Source: Pecten maximus | Taxonomy: Eukaryota | Direction: 5' to 3' | Assembly (NCBI RefSeq): GCF_902652985.1 | Contig: NC_047018.1 | Span: 29,574,001 to 29,638,000 of the forward strand | Length of the DNA stretch: 64,000 nt | Shown here: positions 1-13,200 of the stretch, piece after piece | Numbering within the stretch: position 1 is the stretch's first letter | How the letters are laid out: each line of letters starts with the position of its first letter | Made by a program: the position numbers and the translations under genes | Notes under the pieces: model-generated | What the model was told of the DNA's origin: nothing | What the model saw: the letters and a program-made list of their open reading frames with translations, nothing else | The model's database searches: none

Positions 1-26
1 TGCATTGTTGCCTTACTATATTATAG

Positions 27-150
27 GATACCATTATTCCGTACGAATGTCGTTCGGCAACCCGTTTGGAGCACATACTTGGTCCGGCCATTTATTCGCA
101 AGTATACACGGAACTAACGGCCAGCTGCAAAACAGACAGTTGACAACTGA
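27..150 (+). CDS. lipase A exon, PLAT domain start
   Basis: tatag|GA TAC CAT TAT ... ACT GA|gtaagt; 124 nt. Confidence 0.85.
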
Positions 151-2671
151 GTAAGTTCATTTGTAGGCCAGTCAGGGAATGACATCTGTTGTGAGCCATA
201 ACTTCCACTGGAATTTACGGAGATGTTCTTAGGTCCCTTCCAGATCATTTTAATGGCGGTAGTACTGTTTGGTTACATCATCATTACAACATCTTCGGAT
301 ACTCCCTGTTGATTGCACTACGCCAGTCTTCACTTGTGTCTCGTGGGTTAACTCCGTGAAAAAGTGTCGTTAAGATAACTCACTATGAATATAAACCAAT
401 CAACATAACCCTATTCAGAATAAGGACTCCTCAGGTTGGGGGTAAATATTGAAATGTACATGTAACAATATGGCTGCGCCCGTGAAGGCGTACAGTTTAT
501 GTTATAAAGACGTAGTAGACAAGAAGTCCTACAGGTCTTTAGCGTTTTAAAGGAGTATAACCTGGCACGGCAATGTTTTAGGGATTCAGGCCTATTTGCG
601 GAGGAAGACATCTCTGTCACGCAAAACGGCATCAATAATATTCTACTGAAAAGGTTTTAAACCCTTTGATATTAAATTTCTGAAATGCGTTTTCGAGATG
701 ACTCGCCGCTACCATTGTTGGTATACAAATTCTATAAAGCGTATGCTACCTTCAATCTGATTGACTAAAAGTCCGATAGGAAAATGTGGCGGAGCCAATC
801 AAGTGGCCTGTATTGAAACGAGGTTTTTTCACTGCATTGACCCACGTAGTGCAATCAACAGTGGGTATTCGATGATGCAGTACAAAGACATGAACATACT
901 ACAAGCAAGCAGACACACTCTGTGTTATACAGCTAAGTAGAAATAAAACATTTGATCTAGATGTTATATAGAACGGAAGGTGCAGCAATATAATCATCTT
1001 GTACCGTCCACTATCCGAGCATAGCAGTCGAAAATGATGGTATATGAGTTACATAGGCTACACCTTTTAATATGAATTAAGTAATATACCGAATGATATT
1101 CTTAATCGGTGTATTGTTTTACTAGTATTGACTCATGTATATAGAGAATACATGGTCAGTGTCTTTAAATATAAGCTGTATTTTGGCGAGGGTTAAGAAA
1201 GACAAAAGTGGCGAGCCTTGGCGAGCCCCTTTTGTCTTTCTGTCCCGAGCCAAAAATTTTGCTTATATTTTAAGACACTGACCATGTATTCTATTTATCC
1301 TGCAACAGTCATAAAAATAATCATCAAAAATAATCATTTTGAAGTAAAACGGTGTCAAAAATGAAATATGTTCGCCTTTTAAACGTAGTTTCACTTTGAA
1401 GAAGGTCAGTCGAACTGACGCACGTGCTAAGATTCCAAAATACAGCTGTTTTCCGTCACTGCCGTATACAGCAAAAATATATATGGTGGGTGTATTCCGA
1501 CAATGCGGTGGCAGTTGCAGGATAAAAAGAATTACATTTTCCCCTTGTGAACAGATCATTTTATTTGATCGGCCTGTACCCTATTGTCGACGGGGAATTT
1601 CGCTAGCTGACGTATTTTTAAAAAATACTGTATCCATTTCAGTCCTGTGTCTATACATCCGGGTTCAACGTTTGGTTTTGTTGTGACGTCACCGACTGAC
1701 CTCGGGAGGGTCACGGATGTCGACGTTAAGTGGGAACATCACCGAGACCTACTGAACCCGTTGTCATGGAACCCATTCAACCTACGCCATCCGTCCGTGT
1801 ATGTGTCCCGGGTACAGGTTATTCACGGCGAATCTAATTCACAGTAAGTGTCACGTAACGTAAATTCTCATCTCCTAGTCATATAGTTATAATGGTATAA
1901 CCCCCTAGTCATATAACTATAACGTTATAACTTACCTCCCCTCCTAGTCATATAGTTATAATGGTATAACCCCACTAGTCATATAACTATAACGTTATAA
2001 CTTACCTCCCCTCCTAGTCATATAGTTATAATGGTATAACCCCACTAGTCATATATCTATAACGTTATAACTTACCTCCCCTCCTAGTCATATAGTTATA
2101 ATGGTATAACCCCACTAGTCATATATCTATAACGTTATAACTTACCTCCCCTCCTAGTCATATAGTTATAATGGTATAACCCCACTAGTCATATAACTAT
2201 AACGTTATAACTTACCTCCCCTCCTAGTCATATAGTAATAATGGTATAACCCCACTAGTCATGTATCTATAACGTTATAACTTACCCGAGTTATGTTATA
2301 TTGTGAGGTTAACATCAGGAATACAGCCTTGTATTAATTTAGAAACATGACAGTCACGTGTCCAGTTCTGCTGTGTCCTTTCATTAACATGAGACATACA
2401 GAAAATGTTTATGTCATGGAAACAGGAAATTCTCTTGTAAAGTTCTGATGTATCCCAACATTTTGTTAAGTATCTCCGTACATTTATGTTGAGTATTTTA
2501 TTGATATTTCCCTCCACACTGTGTAGGTCCGTATGTTTGATTATGTTTGATGTAGTGCTTTGTTCCATTAATGTTGCTGAACTTTATTTTTTCAGGTTCA
2601 CCTTGTGTGGCGCGACACGGGACACCAGTATCGAGACTCAGGGGACAATGAATTTCGCCAATACTTGTTAA
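27..2671 (+). CDS. 3' part of pancreatic lipase-family gene A (PLAT/LH2 domain); exons 27-150, 1643-1843, 2596-2671; 5' part lies upstream of the window
   Basis: AG/GT-bounded exons join in frame: YHYSVRMSFGNPFGAHTWSGHLFASIHGTNGQLQNRQLTTD / PVSIHPGSTFGFVVTSPTDLGRVTDVDVKWEHH...VYVSRVQVIHGESNSQ / FTLCGATRDTSIETQGTMNFANTC*. Intron positions and phases match the last three exons of lipase B. AATAAA at 2767-2772. Confidence 0.85.
1144..1530. mobile_element. palindromic/foldback non-autonomous element in lipase A intron
   Basis: Inverted arms agaatacatggtcagtgtctttaaatataagc (~1145-1176) and gcttatattttaagacactgaccatgtattct (1261-1292) around a gcgagccttggcgagc core; second IR pair atcctgcaac (~1297-1306) / gttgcaggat (~1513-1522). 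Confidence 0.55.
1643..1843 (+). CDS. lipase A exon, PLAT domain
   Basis: tttcag|T CCT GTG ... TCA CA|gtaagt; overlaps ORF 1647-1847. Confidence 0.88.
1872..2286. repeat. 70-bp minisatellite, about 6 copies, intronic
   Basis: ctcctagtca recurs at 1941, 2011, 2081, 2151, 2221; each unit consists of two related halves beginning ctagtcatata. Confidence 0.95.
2596..2671 (+). CDS. lipase A terminal exon
   Basis: tttcag|G TTC ACC TTG TGT ... ACT TGT TAA; C-terminal Cys pair typical of pancreatic lipases. Confidence 0.85.
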
Positions 2672-5600
2672 TTTACCCTATCGCTTTGTTAAAATGAAAC
2701 GTGTTTTCGATTTGTAATGAAAACATTTTAATCAAACAATATATTTGAAACCTTCATAAAATCTCTAATAAAGACATTTCAAAACTCGCCATCTTGTAGG
2801 AGTATGACAGTTTTCTGTTAAGTAGACCTCTAACTGTACCTGTTAATAATACGTGGTTCAATTCCTCTATCGCATAGATTGAACTCCAAACGACTTTATA
2901 CTGGTGCAGATATGTTAGCATTATTAGAAATAATCATCCGATAAGCAGTGTGAGCCCATATGATGTGATGTCATCACGAGGGCCTCGTTCTGATTATCAA
3001 ATGATGCTTGACCTCAGACATACTGTTGAGTGTGTCTATACATATGACTATAAGCATGTCAATATTGGTTAATTCATGTTGTTACTATACGGGGGAAACC
3101 CAGATAGGCGATAATCTAAGTTCAATCCTATTAGGTTTTTTTGTTAATAGAATATGTTGGAATCAAAAATGAATATACTGATGTCATTTAATGCATAAAG
3201 CGTTATTCCCTTCGAGCAAATCACATCATATGTTTACACAACTATACATGTGATTCCCAAGTTGTTCTATTATTATTTACTTTTTTTTTGTAAAATGGTG
3301 AACATAAAAATCTACAGGAACACGTATTCTCTATTTAATGTGTCAATACAAATATACAGCAGCACGTAATGTATATTTAATGTGTTAATATACAAAATCT
3401 ATAATAACACATAACTAATCTTCAATCATAAAAACAATCATGAAACGACTTTCTGTTGAACAAAGTTCATCATCTATAGCCATTAGAATTAGAAAGTGTA
3501 GAGTTTCATCAATCAGGTTAATTTGATATTAACTATAGAACGTTTCCGTGAATTAGCCATGTTATCAAACAATGATTATAGAAAAACACTAACGAGGATA
3601 TTGCAGTGATTTTTTTTTATTTCCAGATCGTGAATAACAAGAGAAATACTGTCGCTTATCTCATTATTGGATGGACATGTTAATGTAACTCTTAACTTGT
3701 ATTAATATTATAATAGAATACTCGATTAATGTCTGGAGAAGATTGCGTAACATCACATATGTTTATGTTGGTCTCATTGAAATTACTTAATGCAGATTGA
3801 AGTATCATCTTCTTCGGCAAACAATTATTTAAAAACAAAAAAGAGGGAGAGCAGAAAAAACATTTTTATACTCGTAATATTTCCATTTGGAGTAATAATT
3901 TTGTTTAAATGAAACAACCCGTATACCTAAATATTTCGTTTCAATCGAGTCCTTCTTAACAACTGTGATAGATAAGGTTATTTCATTGTTATATAAAACA
4001 CAACCATTTTTCGATAAATATTATACGAGATAATTCTATATCTCTTCGTATGGTAAGTCCTCATCAGCTAACGCCTACGGTAAATTCCTCATTTCAAATT
4101 AAACGTTTTTGACAACCGAGGCACACGAAATATCGATAAATCTCTAATGTAACTATTTTCATACTGCACTTGAATCCGGAATCTGGGGAGATATTTCGTA
4201 ACGTTACCAGCACATAGCATCTATCAAACCACAGCGAACGTCGCAGCGTCAACGAAAACCCAATTACTGTTTAGATATAACTCAAGTTCCATGTTAGATC
4301 AATAGATTATCGCAGATACCGTATTTTCAACACATTTTAAGGCAGATATAATTCATCAGAGAAGATATCTCCAGTGGGATATTTCTATACGATATATGAT
4401 CCTGGGAAATCCAGACCAATTTGTCTAACGAACAAGATAACTTTTGTCCATAGGTTATATGCTAATTCATAATAAACCGATTGGTGACAGTGACCAGAAA
4501 AGAATGCCATATTGATCTATTGATCAGAAGTCGACGGCAATCTCGTCACAACTCTATTAAACGCTTCGTACATCCTTAATTATGCACGTCATTTGGAGAT
4601 AATTCAGTTCTAAATTGGTAAAAAAAACATCTTAGAGGGACGCTTTCATAATGTTTGAATTTATACGCCTGAAACGCCGATCCATCACATTAATCGAATA
4701 TTCTTTAGACATAGGCGACAAAATTTAAACCGGAACGAATACTTCACAGTCGGTGCAATTAAATAGTGTTTTCTGGAAGGGAATATATGCGTGTTCATTT
4801 TGTGAGTATTTGACAGAAATTTTGTAGCAGCAAGAAAGGTGTCAGCAACACGTAACCACAAAACATTTAACTCAAGCAACACTCATTACAAGCCTGAAAG
4901 CAGAAATTTCATGTAAGGGTATAAGGTTCGGAATATAGGTAGGGGGAGACATTTCGTGGTGGATTTCTTACACCGTTGCCTTACGCCTCCGCTCCCCAAC
5001 AGATCAGTGGACCAACTGTAGCATATCCATTTTCATCGATTTTGCCTAGATACGTCAGAGAAAATAAAAGAAAACGGACACACACATCAACAATTGCAGA
5101 GAACTCTAGATAATCTAAGAAAGAAAACATGCGTCAGAGTTTGTATCATAACAGGAAGTGCTATCTTAAGTTCGCATGCAAGGTCATTAGCAGGTAAGAA
5201 CTGGACTAAATTGTTCAAAGTCAATGTATATCACATATCAAAACCTATCTTTTAATTTTCCTTTCCAATTTAGAATAATAAGGATACAATATTAAGATTT
5301 CTAATTTTTTCAAATACTTTGAACAATTTGCCATTTCGCTTGTTACAGCATGCAGGTATGATTGGTGGCTCAGGTGAGTGGATTATGTCCGATCAGATCG
5401 AGAAAGTAATGCTTTCTCTCTCTCAAACTCTTTACGTAGATATTCCAAAACATATCAAAGGCCCTACCGTCGCGTTTCCTGTTTCTGTGCTTTCATCTCC
5501 TGTTTACAACAAAGGCAATATCGTTGTTAGGCTTGTCAATGGCGATAATGTTACGGGAGTATATAGCTATAAACAATACACTTACGCATATCAGCGCCTC

Positions 5601-6479
5601 TAGATAGTGGTACTTACCCATACTGATTACGAACGGAAGCGTATTGGCCGTCAGCATGATTCAGAAAGATATTTAAGTAGCAATTGTATATCTTACGCTA
5701 GTGTTTAATTTTTCGCCACACGAACTTACTGCTTAAATATGCTGTATTAACGTAAATGCTGTCGGTAAAACCGATCTTTGTAATGTGTTTGTTGGATTGC
5801 GCTAGAACATGCAGTACATGTATATAATGATATATGTGTGCTAATATCTGTAATATGACTTTTTTGATTTGTTCATTTGATTTGAATTTAACTTTAATGT
5901 ATTTATCATACAATATATTTAATCTATAGGATAGCCAACCAATACAATTATAAAAATAGGAGGTAGTTTATAGGGAGACACAATAAAACATCAACAATAG
6001 GATTGATTTTGTTTAAAAGCACTTAAATTCTATCGTATAGATTTGAAATACATTGTTTAATAATAGTTACATAACATTACTTATGAAAGGATATATCATA
6101 TTGATATAAAAAAAATACTAAAGAAATTTTAATATTATGATATTATTATCTTAATACGCTGGATAATAAAATTTATTTATTTTGAAGCACATATTTCATG
6201 AAGATAGAACATCCCTAGTTAATAACGAGGCTTTCAAAGTGTATTGGAGAAATATTCGAGAATGTTAAATTTTGCCTTACATATATGAAGTATGCATTAA
6301 CTTGTCATGTGCACGCGGGGTTGATGAAATAGCAGGATAATTGTGTGTAAACAGTAGATAACTAGTACTAGTGTCCAACGCATCACAAAGCAGTTTATAG
6401 TGAACTGTATACAGCAGCTATATATTGCGGAAGATACAAATTAAAAGGTTAAGATTTGAGGCATGTAGTCGGTAAGGAA

Positions 6480-6720
6480 GCATAGATAGGAAAGGTAATA
6501 AACGTAGTACGTAGATAAGTGTGTGGGAAAGTAGGTATAGGAAGGTAAGGTAGGTATAGGTATATATAGGAAGGTGTTGGTAGATATAGGAAGGTGTAGG
6601 TTTAGGCAGACAGGTAGGTAGCTATAGGCTTATTTTAGTACAGGTTTAGGTAGAAATAGGTTTTGCTGAGTAGATGGGTGGGTAGACGAGTAGGTTGGTA
6701 AGAAGATGAGGGCCGATGTG
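6480..6720. repeat. degenerate purine-rich low-complexity repeat (aggtagg/tatagg)
   Basis: repeated aggtaggtatagg-like motifs. Confidence 0.6.
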
Positions 6721-7223
6721 GTTTAAAGATGGAAACTAGTTACTGTGATAATCTAAGTTGGACGGATTCGTGTTCAGAGGTTAGACTTGGGAGAAAGTGA
6801 AAGTACAAGAGATAAGCGAAGAAAGGGAGGAGGAAGTTAATCGCTTAAAGGGAAGAGGATGCGACACGGAGGTAAAGTGACAAACTCCTTTGCACAGAAA
6901 TACCACATAGCAATATTCTACAGGTTTCTACAAAATATCGACAACACATGCCGCAATAGAGATGTTCCAAATTCAAATCCAAACACATCAACACACGTGA
7001 TATAAGTCTCGTGAGCTTCAAAAGGACCAATCACTATATTCCAGAAGCGTTAATGATTGTGACTTCTGTAAAATGTGACCTCTGTGCTGATGATATCTGT
7101 TTGTAATATAGTGATTGGCCCGCTTGAAAGTCACGTGACATTTTGTCGTTCTCAAAATATACGACATCTTTATATCCAGATTCGCTTTCTCTTTTAGAAT
7201 ATCCAGGGCAAATTTCCTTCTTT

Positions 7224-7285
7224 TCAAGCGAGGCCAAAACAGATGATTGGTCCGATGGTGAGATTTGCAGCCTCCGCAACATTAC
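7224..7285 (-). CDS. terminal coding exon of the TSR gene
   Basis: ctccaag|GT AAT GTT GCG GAG...: [20 protein letters not shown]; completes the CASPR-type motif TLGPLxCxG. Confidence 0.82.
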
Positions 7286-10200
7286 CTTGGAGAGGGAACA
7301 CAAGATCACAGTAAGGAACGTAAAGACATTGGCTTTAGTTTCTCGCAATGATTAGCGACCGCAACATTAATTGCAATAAATTGACGACTGATCATTATAA
7401 GTATGGCATATAATGGAACTATAATTAAAAACTTCCGTTAGAAAGTTACAAATATAGTGTATAAAATAAATAGATAAATCATGTTATCGATAAATTACTT
7501 TTCATACATTGATATATCCTGAAATACAACATTAAGGTATTAATAACCTGCAACAAAGATTACTGTTAAACATGTTGAAAGTAAAAACAATCAGGAAAAA
7601 GGCACATACATTAATCTCTGCTAGTAACGAGCAACGCTAGATGATATAAAGTTATATATTTAAAACGTTTTGGTGTAATATATCATTTATAACATTTAAT
7701 AGTGACACTTAATTAAAAGTACTTTCAACACTCTTTAAGTTCTACCATTTGCTTTCTAATAACTTGCATGTCAAGAAATATAACAATAAAGCTTACTGAC
7801 GCATACACAGAATATAATGTATATATCAATAGTCGTGATGAGCTACATACGGGATGTAGATATTGTAAAGCTGCCTATCAGAAGAAGATATTGTAAGCGT
7901 ACATTCTGACTGTTTATATAATTATACTAAAAACTGGACGTTTACTTTACCTCTGTGAAGACCGAAATGAAATATCGCATTGATGGTTTTACAACGTTGC
8001 CATCTACTGTGAATTAGTTTGAAAGTCACCGAAGGGTTGGTAAACAAGATTTCTCAACTAAGGTCAAAAGTATTCTTCCTCTCTGGCGTCAGTACATTAG
8101 CTATAGCGCAAGTAAGTACGAAGAGATTTCTTTATATATAAACAAACATATAGTAAAACGATTTTTAATAGTGAATCTGTCGATAGTTTTACTTTCGAAA
8201 TGTACAATTAATAATAAAAAAACGAATTCAGTTGTACATACTCGCGATATCAGGTCACGCTTTTCCTATTAGCGGATGTAACTATCCACTGTAATTGATT
8301 AATCACCAATGACCGGGGTGTGTTCTTGATCAATTCACAAAGGGGAATGTTTACCGGAGTTTTTTTTAAAGAATTATATGAATATAAACTTCTTACCTGT
8401 GTCACCAGCACAGAATGCCCGTAGAGGAAGATCGGGTTTGTACGTAATGTTACCAAAATCTTTTCTAATTACGTTGTCATTGATGTCGCAGTTACACATT
8501 GCATCTGGACCTCCGGCGCAACTACCGTCCATTCCGCAAGCGCACATGTTGCTTCCGGGCTCTCCTCCAGGGAAGTAGCTGGCGGCGGCGCTAGCATCGT
8601 AGGTCCTGTGGCTAGTTCTGTTGACGAAGTAGGTGGTGTAACTCAGATCTGTTGCGGTGCTGTATGGATTGTGGATAACCGCTCCTTTACATTCCCATTC
8701 CACGTACTGGGAACAGTTAGCCGACGCATCAACCATCATGGCTGCTTCTGCGAACGGCATGTACGGGTTTCCATTACCATATTTGGGAATTATCCGATAT
8801 GACCCGGCGCCTTCATGACCACTCACAAAGTGCGTTTTCATTTCGCTATGTTCTAGAGGGGAAAAAATGATGCAATTGATTATTTTCATTTGAATCCAAT
8901 TAAAGGTTGGGAAAACGTACACTATACAGAGAGTTTCCTAAGTATAACATATATTATCAAAGCTAACAGAAATACAAACCATCATACATATATATTTTTT
9001 CAGACGATCTTTTTGTAGACTTATTGGAACTGTAATTGTTCACTTCATATTTGTACAATTTTTAACATGTTAGAACTTGTAACCACGATTACGAATATTC
9101 ACTTTTTTCTCTCCACAAAATCGCTTTATAACAGCAAGGTTTAAAATAGAAATAAGCCATTTAAAATTGTTTCGGCAGGTTATCACCTTTGAAGTAAAAG
9201 GTATATTGTCTTTAAATTTTCATGCAGTAGAACAACTATTAATTTGTTCCTTAAATGAAGATCTGTTCATATTGCGTGTACACTTTCCAGCGTTTAAACA
9301 ATCAAAGCTGTATATTAAGGATGAAATGATTAACTATGTAGATCTGCAAACGTCTTCACAAAAAATATTTTACCAAGGATAGTGACTCCGACGCCGTTTT
9401 CAAGCTCCATGTCACAGAACACTTCATAGCCAAAATCATCTTCTTCGGTTATAATCTCCGACAGGCGTATTTCAACATAGGTGGAGTCCTCTAGCCCCAG
9501 AACGGCGAGGTCACTGCACTGTCTCGCTAGAAATATAATATTAAACATTGTACATAATAAAGACTTGCACAGGAAACTATAAAACACCTCTTTATCCTCA
9601 TTTTTTGTTGTTTTAAATAAAACATTGTGTCTTACTGTAGATCACCGGCAGCCAGGAAGGACAAAAGGAGGAATAATGATACCTAGAGTAGTGGTATCCG
9701 TAAGTCATGGAGGACACGGCAGGAATAATGGTAGATAGAGAAGTGGCATTCGTTATACTAAAAATGTAATGACTTCCGTAATTATACAATAGCATGGTTG
9801 AAAACTTCTTTTTAATCGTTACAGTAAACACATAAGTATTTTCAATGTTTCCCTCATGAATTTAGCTATATAGGTTTCCAATCTTCAAAGGATTTTTTTT
9901 ATATGGCTATGGAAATAAAAGTTGTGCAAAGTGTAAGCACCTTTTAATTTCCATACGCTTTAAATAGATGAAATATCATAAAAGACAGCCACACTCACTA
10001 GGCACCTAAATCTACCCCAACCCCTCTCACCATTAAATGATGTATGGTGTTATATATGAGGAATAATTCAACTTTATATAACTTTATTCTATTTTAGGCA
10101 TCTACAGAGAGTTGTTCTCCGAATTAATATTAAGTATTCATAGCGTTTGATCAAATTGAGTCTCAATATACCAAGGGTGCATTATAGATTATTTATACAG

Positions 10201-13200
10201 CTAAGACATATGTGAATAATTAACTCCGCGTGCGTCACTTTAATGAGCAGAATCTATTTGTTTCCCTAAAATCCTTAGATGATTGAAATGAAGTAATTTC
10301 ACGTACCGAATGGCCTGCATGCATATGTGTGACAGGCCTGCGAGGACACATTGCTGTTGAGACAAGGTGCTGTCAGATTCCCGTATGAAGTCTCGTTACA
10401 CACACGAGATCTGTCCCTCACGCCTCCGCCACATGTTTTAGAACACATGCTCCAAGAGGACCATTCCAACCATTCTCCCGGAACTGTAATAAAAACATAT
10501 TTCAGAACGGAATAGACATTGGACATTATCAGAAGTTCGATCGAAATTATTGTAAGCTTTCATTTTCCATAAAAGAATCATTTCGTAAACAATACGTCTA
10601 TGAGATTTTATTCTAAGAAATGATTAATGAATCAACTCAGTGACCTACATTATCGATACTATTACTATATTATCTCTTTCGAAATCCGAATATTGGAGTA
10701 ACATGAATGTTAGTAAGGAAATTGCAAACATCCGTTGGTATGCGACAATTCAACACTCTAATAGTTTATCGCGACTGTCCGTTTATACAGTTCAAATTGT
10801 ACTGCGCGCGATAGTAAAAATGAAACTGTCTTTATGTCACTCGATTGCGTCACATTTGTTTGACATTAACTAATGATTCATTTTTTAACATCGTTTTTTT
10901 CCGTTTTATCAATTCAAATATGTTTTACTGTTTTAATGATTTTAGCTAACTCTGAAAGAAAATATTAATTTTTCGTACCAAAATAAGATAAATATTAACC
11001 TTCACACAAAGTACCGCTATAGAGTGGAGCCTCGTGTATGTTTGGTTCAGAGGACAGGCGCAAATTGTAGTTGTTATCCGTAAAGAGAGCGGATTGTTGA
11101 ATCTCGTACGTACATTTAATGTTGATGTTTAATGATTATCACATCAATCACAAATGCACCATCTTAATTATATGTGTTCTCTTACTCCTTAGGTCACCCA
11201 TTTAGATGTTGGCAATATAGAAAATGTAGGAATATAAATGTGACAATGAGTTGGCAGAAGCGCCACCTGATGTCATATCTAAAAAGTAGCATATCAACAG
11301 CAATATAAAAAGCTAGATTGATAAATTGATGTGCATACAGCATGAAGCGTGAACAGAGAGATAACAGTTAGGGAATTAGAGGGAAACATGGACGATATTA
11401 TATGAGGGTGCACGAAGGTCTTACACTGAACAGTAGGATGGTAATGATAGACTAGAACTACAACTGATGATATAAGAAACTACAAAATATTGACATTTCA
11501 CCGCATGATTACGGTGACGAACAATATCTGAAAAATAAAATCGCAACAGTCAATGAACAATTTAAATGCAATGATGTACACTTATTAGTAAACAGGAGAG
11601 GACAACCCTTATCAAAATATATCAAATTATAAGACATCGTGCAAAATTCAAGGAAAACCAAAATAAAATGTACTCAATTGAATCCCATTTTAACTGATTG
11701 CTATAATTGTTAATGATAGAAAATTATCTTCGAAAAAAACTACCGCAATCGTGTCAACAACCAAATGATTATTTGATCGGACGAAACCTTACTCGGACAT
11801 AAGTTTGTGGAGCAGATCTGATCATCATTATCAGCTCCTTCGCATGGTTTCCCGCCATAATAGGGGCCGTCACATGTCCGGTTCCGATTCTGCAGTCCTC
11901 CGCCACAGGTGACGCTGCATTCGTCCCAGTCGCTCCAGCTTTTCCATATACCGTTAACTGTAAATACAATACTATTGATACAGTTTATATCAACTGTTGT
12001 TTTAACTTGAATACCTTCCTTTCCATCGTGCCAGGAGGTACTGAATTATATTTGCTTCCTTATTAAGTAATCAGCGATATAGATACAAAATGTAAATAAC
12101 GGCATGCTATCACCTCATATAACCAAAAGAAGAAAATCTGATCTAGTAGACTATGTTAGATTACAAATCAAAGCATGTTTTAAGAACAATCATAGGATCA
12201 TAGGAACGTAAGGTTACATAGGCTTACATGTTATGTACTACAACATGAAAAGCAATATGTTTTGTACGTATCGTGAACTGTATACGTCCTGGGACAATTG
12301 TTTCCTTTACAATATAAGTATATTGTACACGTACCAGAACATGTGTGTTCGTTAAGTTATAAGTAAACTATTATCGCGCTAGGACAGGTGTGTTCCTTAC
12401 ATTATAAGTAAACAATTAACGTACTAGGACAAGTGTTTGTTACATTTTAAGTAAATTATGGACGTACTAGGACAGGTGTGTTCGTTACATTATAAGTACT
12501 AGGACAGGTGTGTTTGTTACATTATAAGTAAACTATCAACGTACTGGGACAAGTGTTTGTTACATTATAAGTAAATTATAAACGTACTAGGACAGGTGTG
12601 TTCGTTACATTATAAGTACTAGGACAGGTGTGTTCGTTACATTATAAGTAAACTATGGACGTACTAGGACAGTTGTGTTCGTTACAGGCCTGTGTCTGGT
12701 TATAGTCTCCTTCACACTCAGCGCCGCCGTACAGAGGATCGTTGCACTCCCGTGTCCGTATTTGGGAGCCTCCTCCACATGTGGTGGAACAGGGACCCCA
12801 CACAGTCCATTCCAGAAAGAAACCGTCGACTGTAATTTATAGGACTTTTAGAACATAGGTATATAACTAACATGGATTACCAATATAACAGGATATGTTT
12901 TTATCATTAACGTTTGAAATAAAGCGATTTTCTTTTACTTAAAAAAACATAATTTATCCAATTGAACAATTATTCTTTGCAAACAATGAGATTATAGCTT
13001 GTCATTAGCTCTTCATATGCTTATTTCAATTACATTTATGATACTATCTTCTAACAGTATGTTATATGATTGTGATATTAGCATTGCGATATTGCAACTT
13101 TACCACACTTTTACTGTCATTGTGTAAGACTTCAAACATTTACTGACAATCATATAATCGTAACAACACATGGTCTCAATAATCATTTCATCCATTTCAA

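Noticed and set aside
1915-1925. TAACTATAACG resembling the start of the I-CeuI site in 23S rRNA
   Set aside because: Only 11 AT-rich bases inside a minisatellite; no rRNA context
2822-2870. tRNA-like B-box GGTTCAATTCC
   Set aside because: No cloverleaf or clear A-box; at most a decayed SINE head
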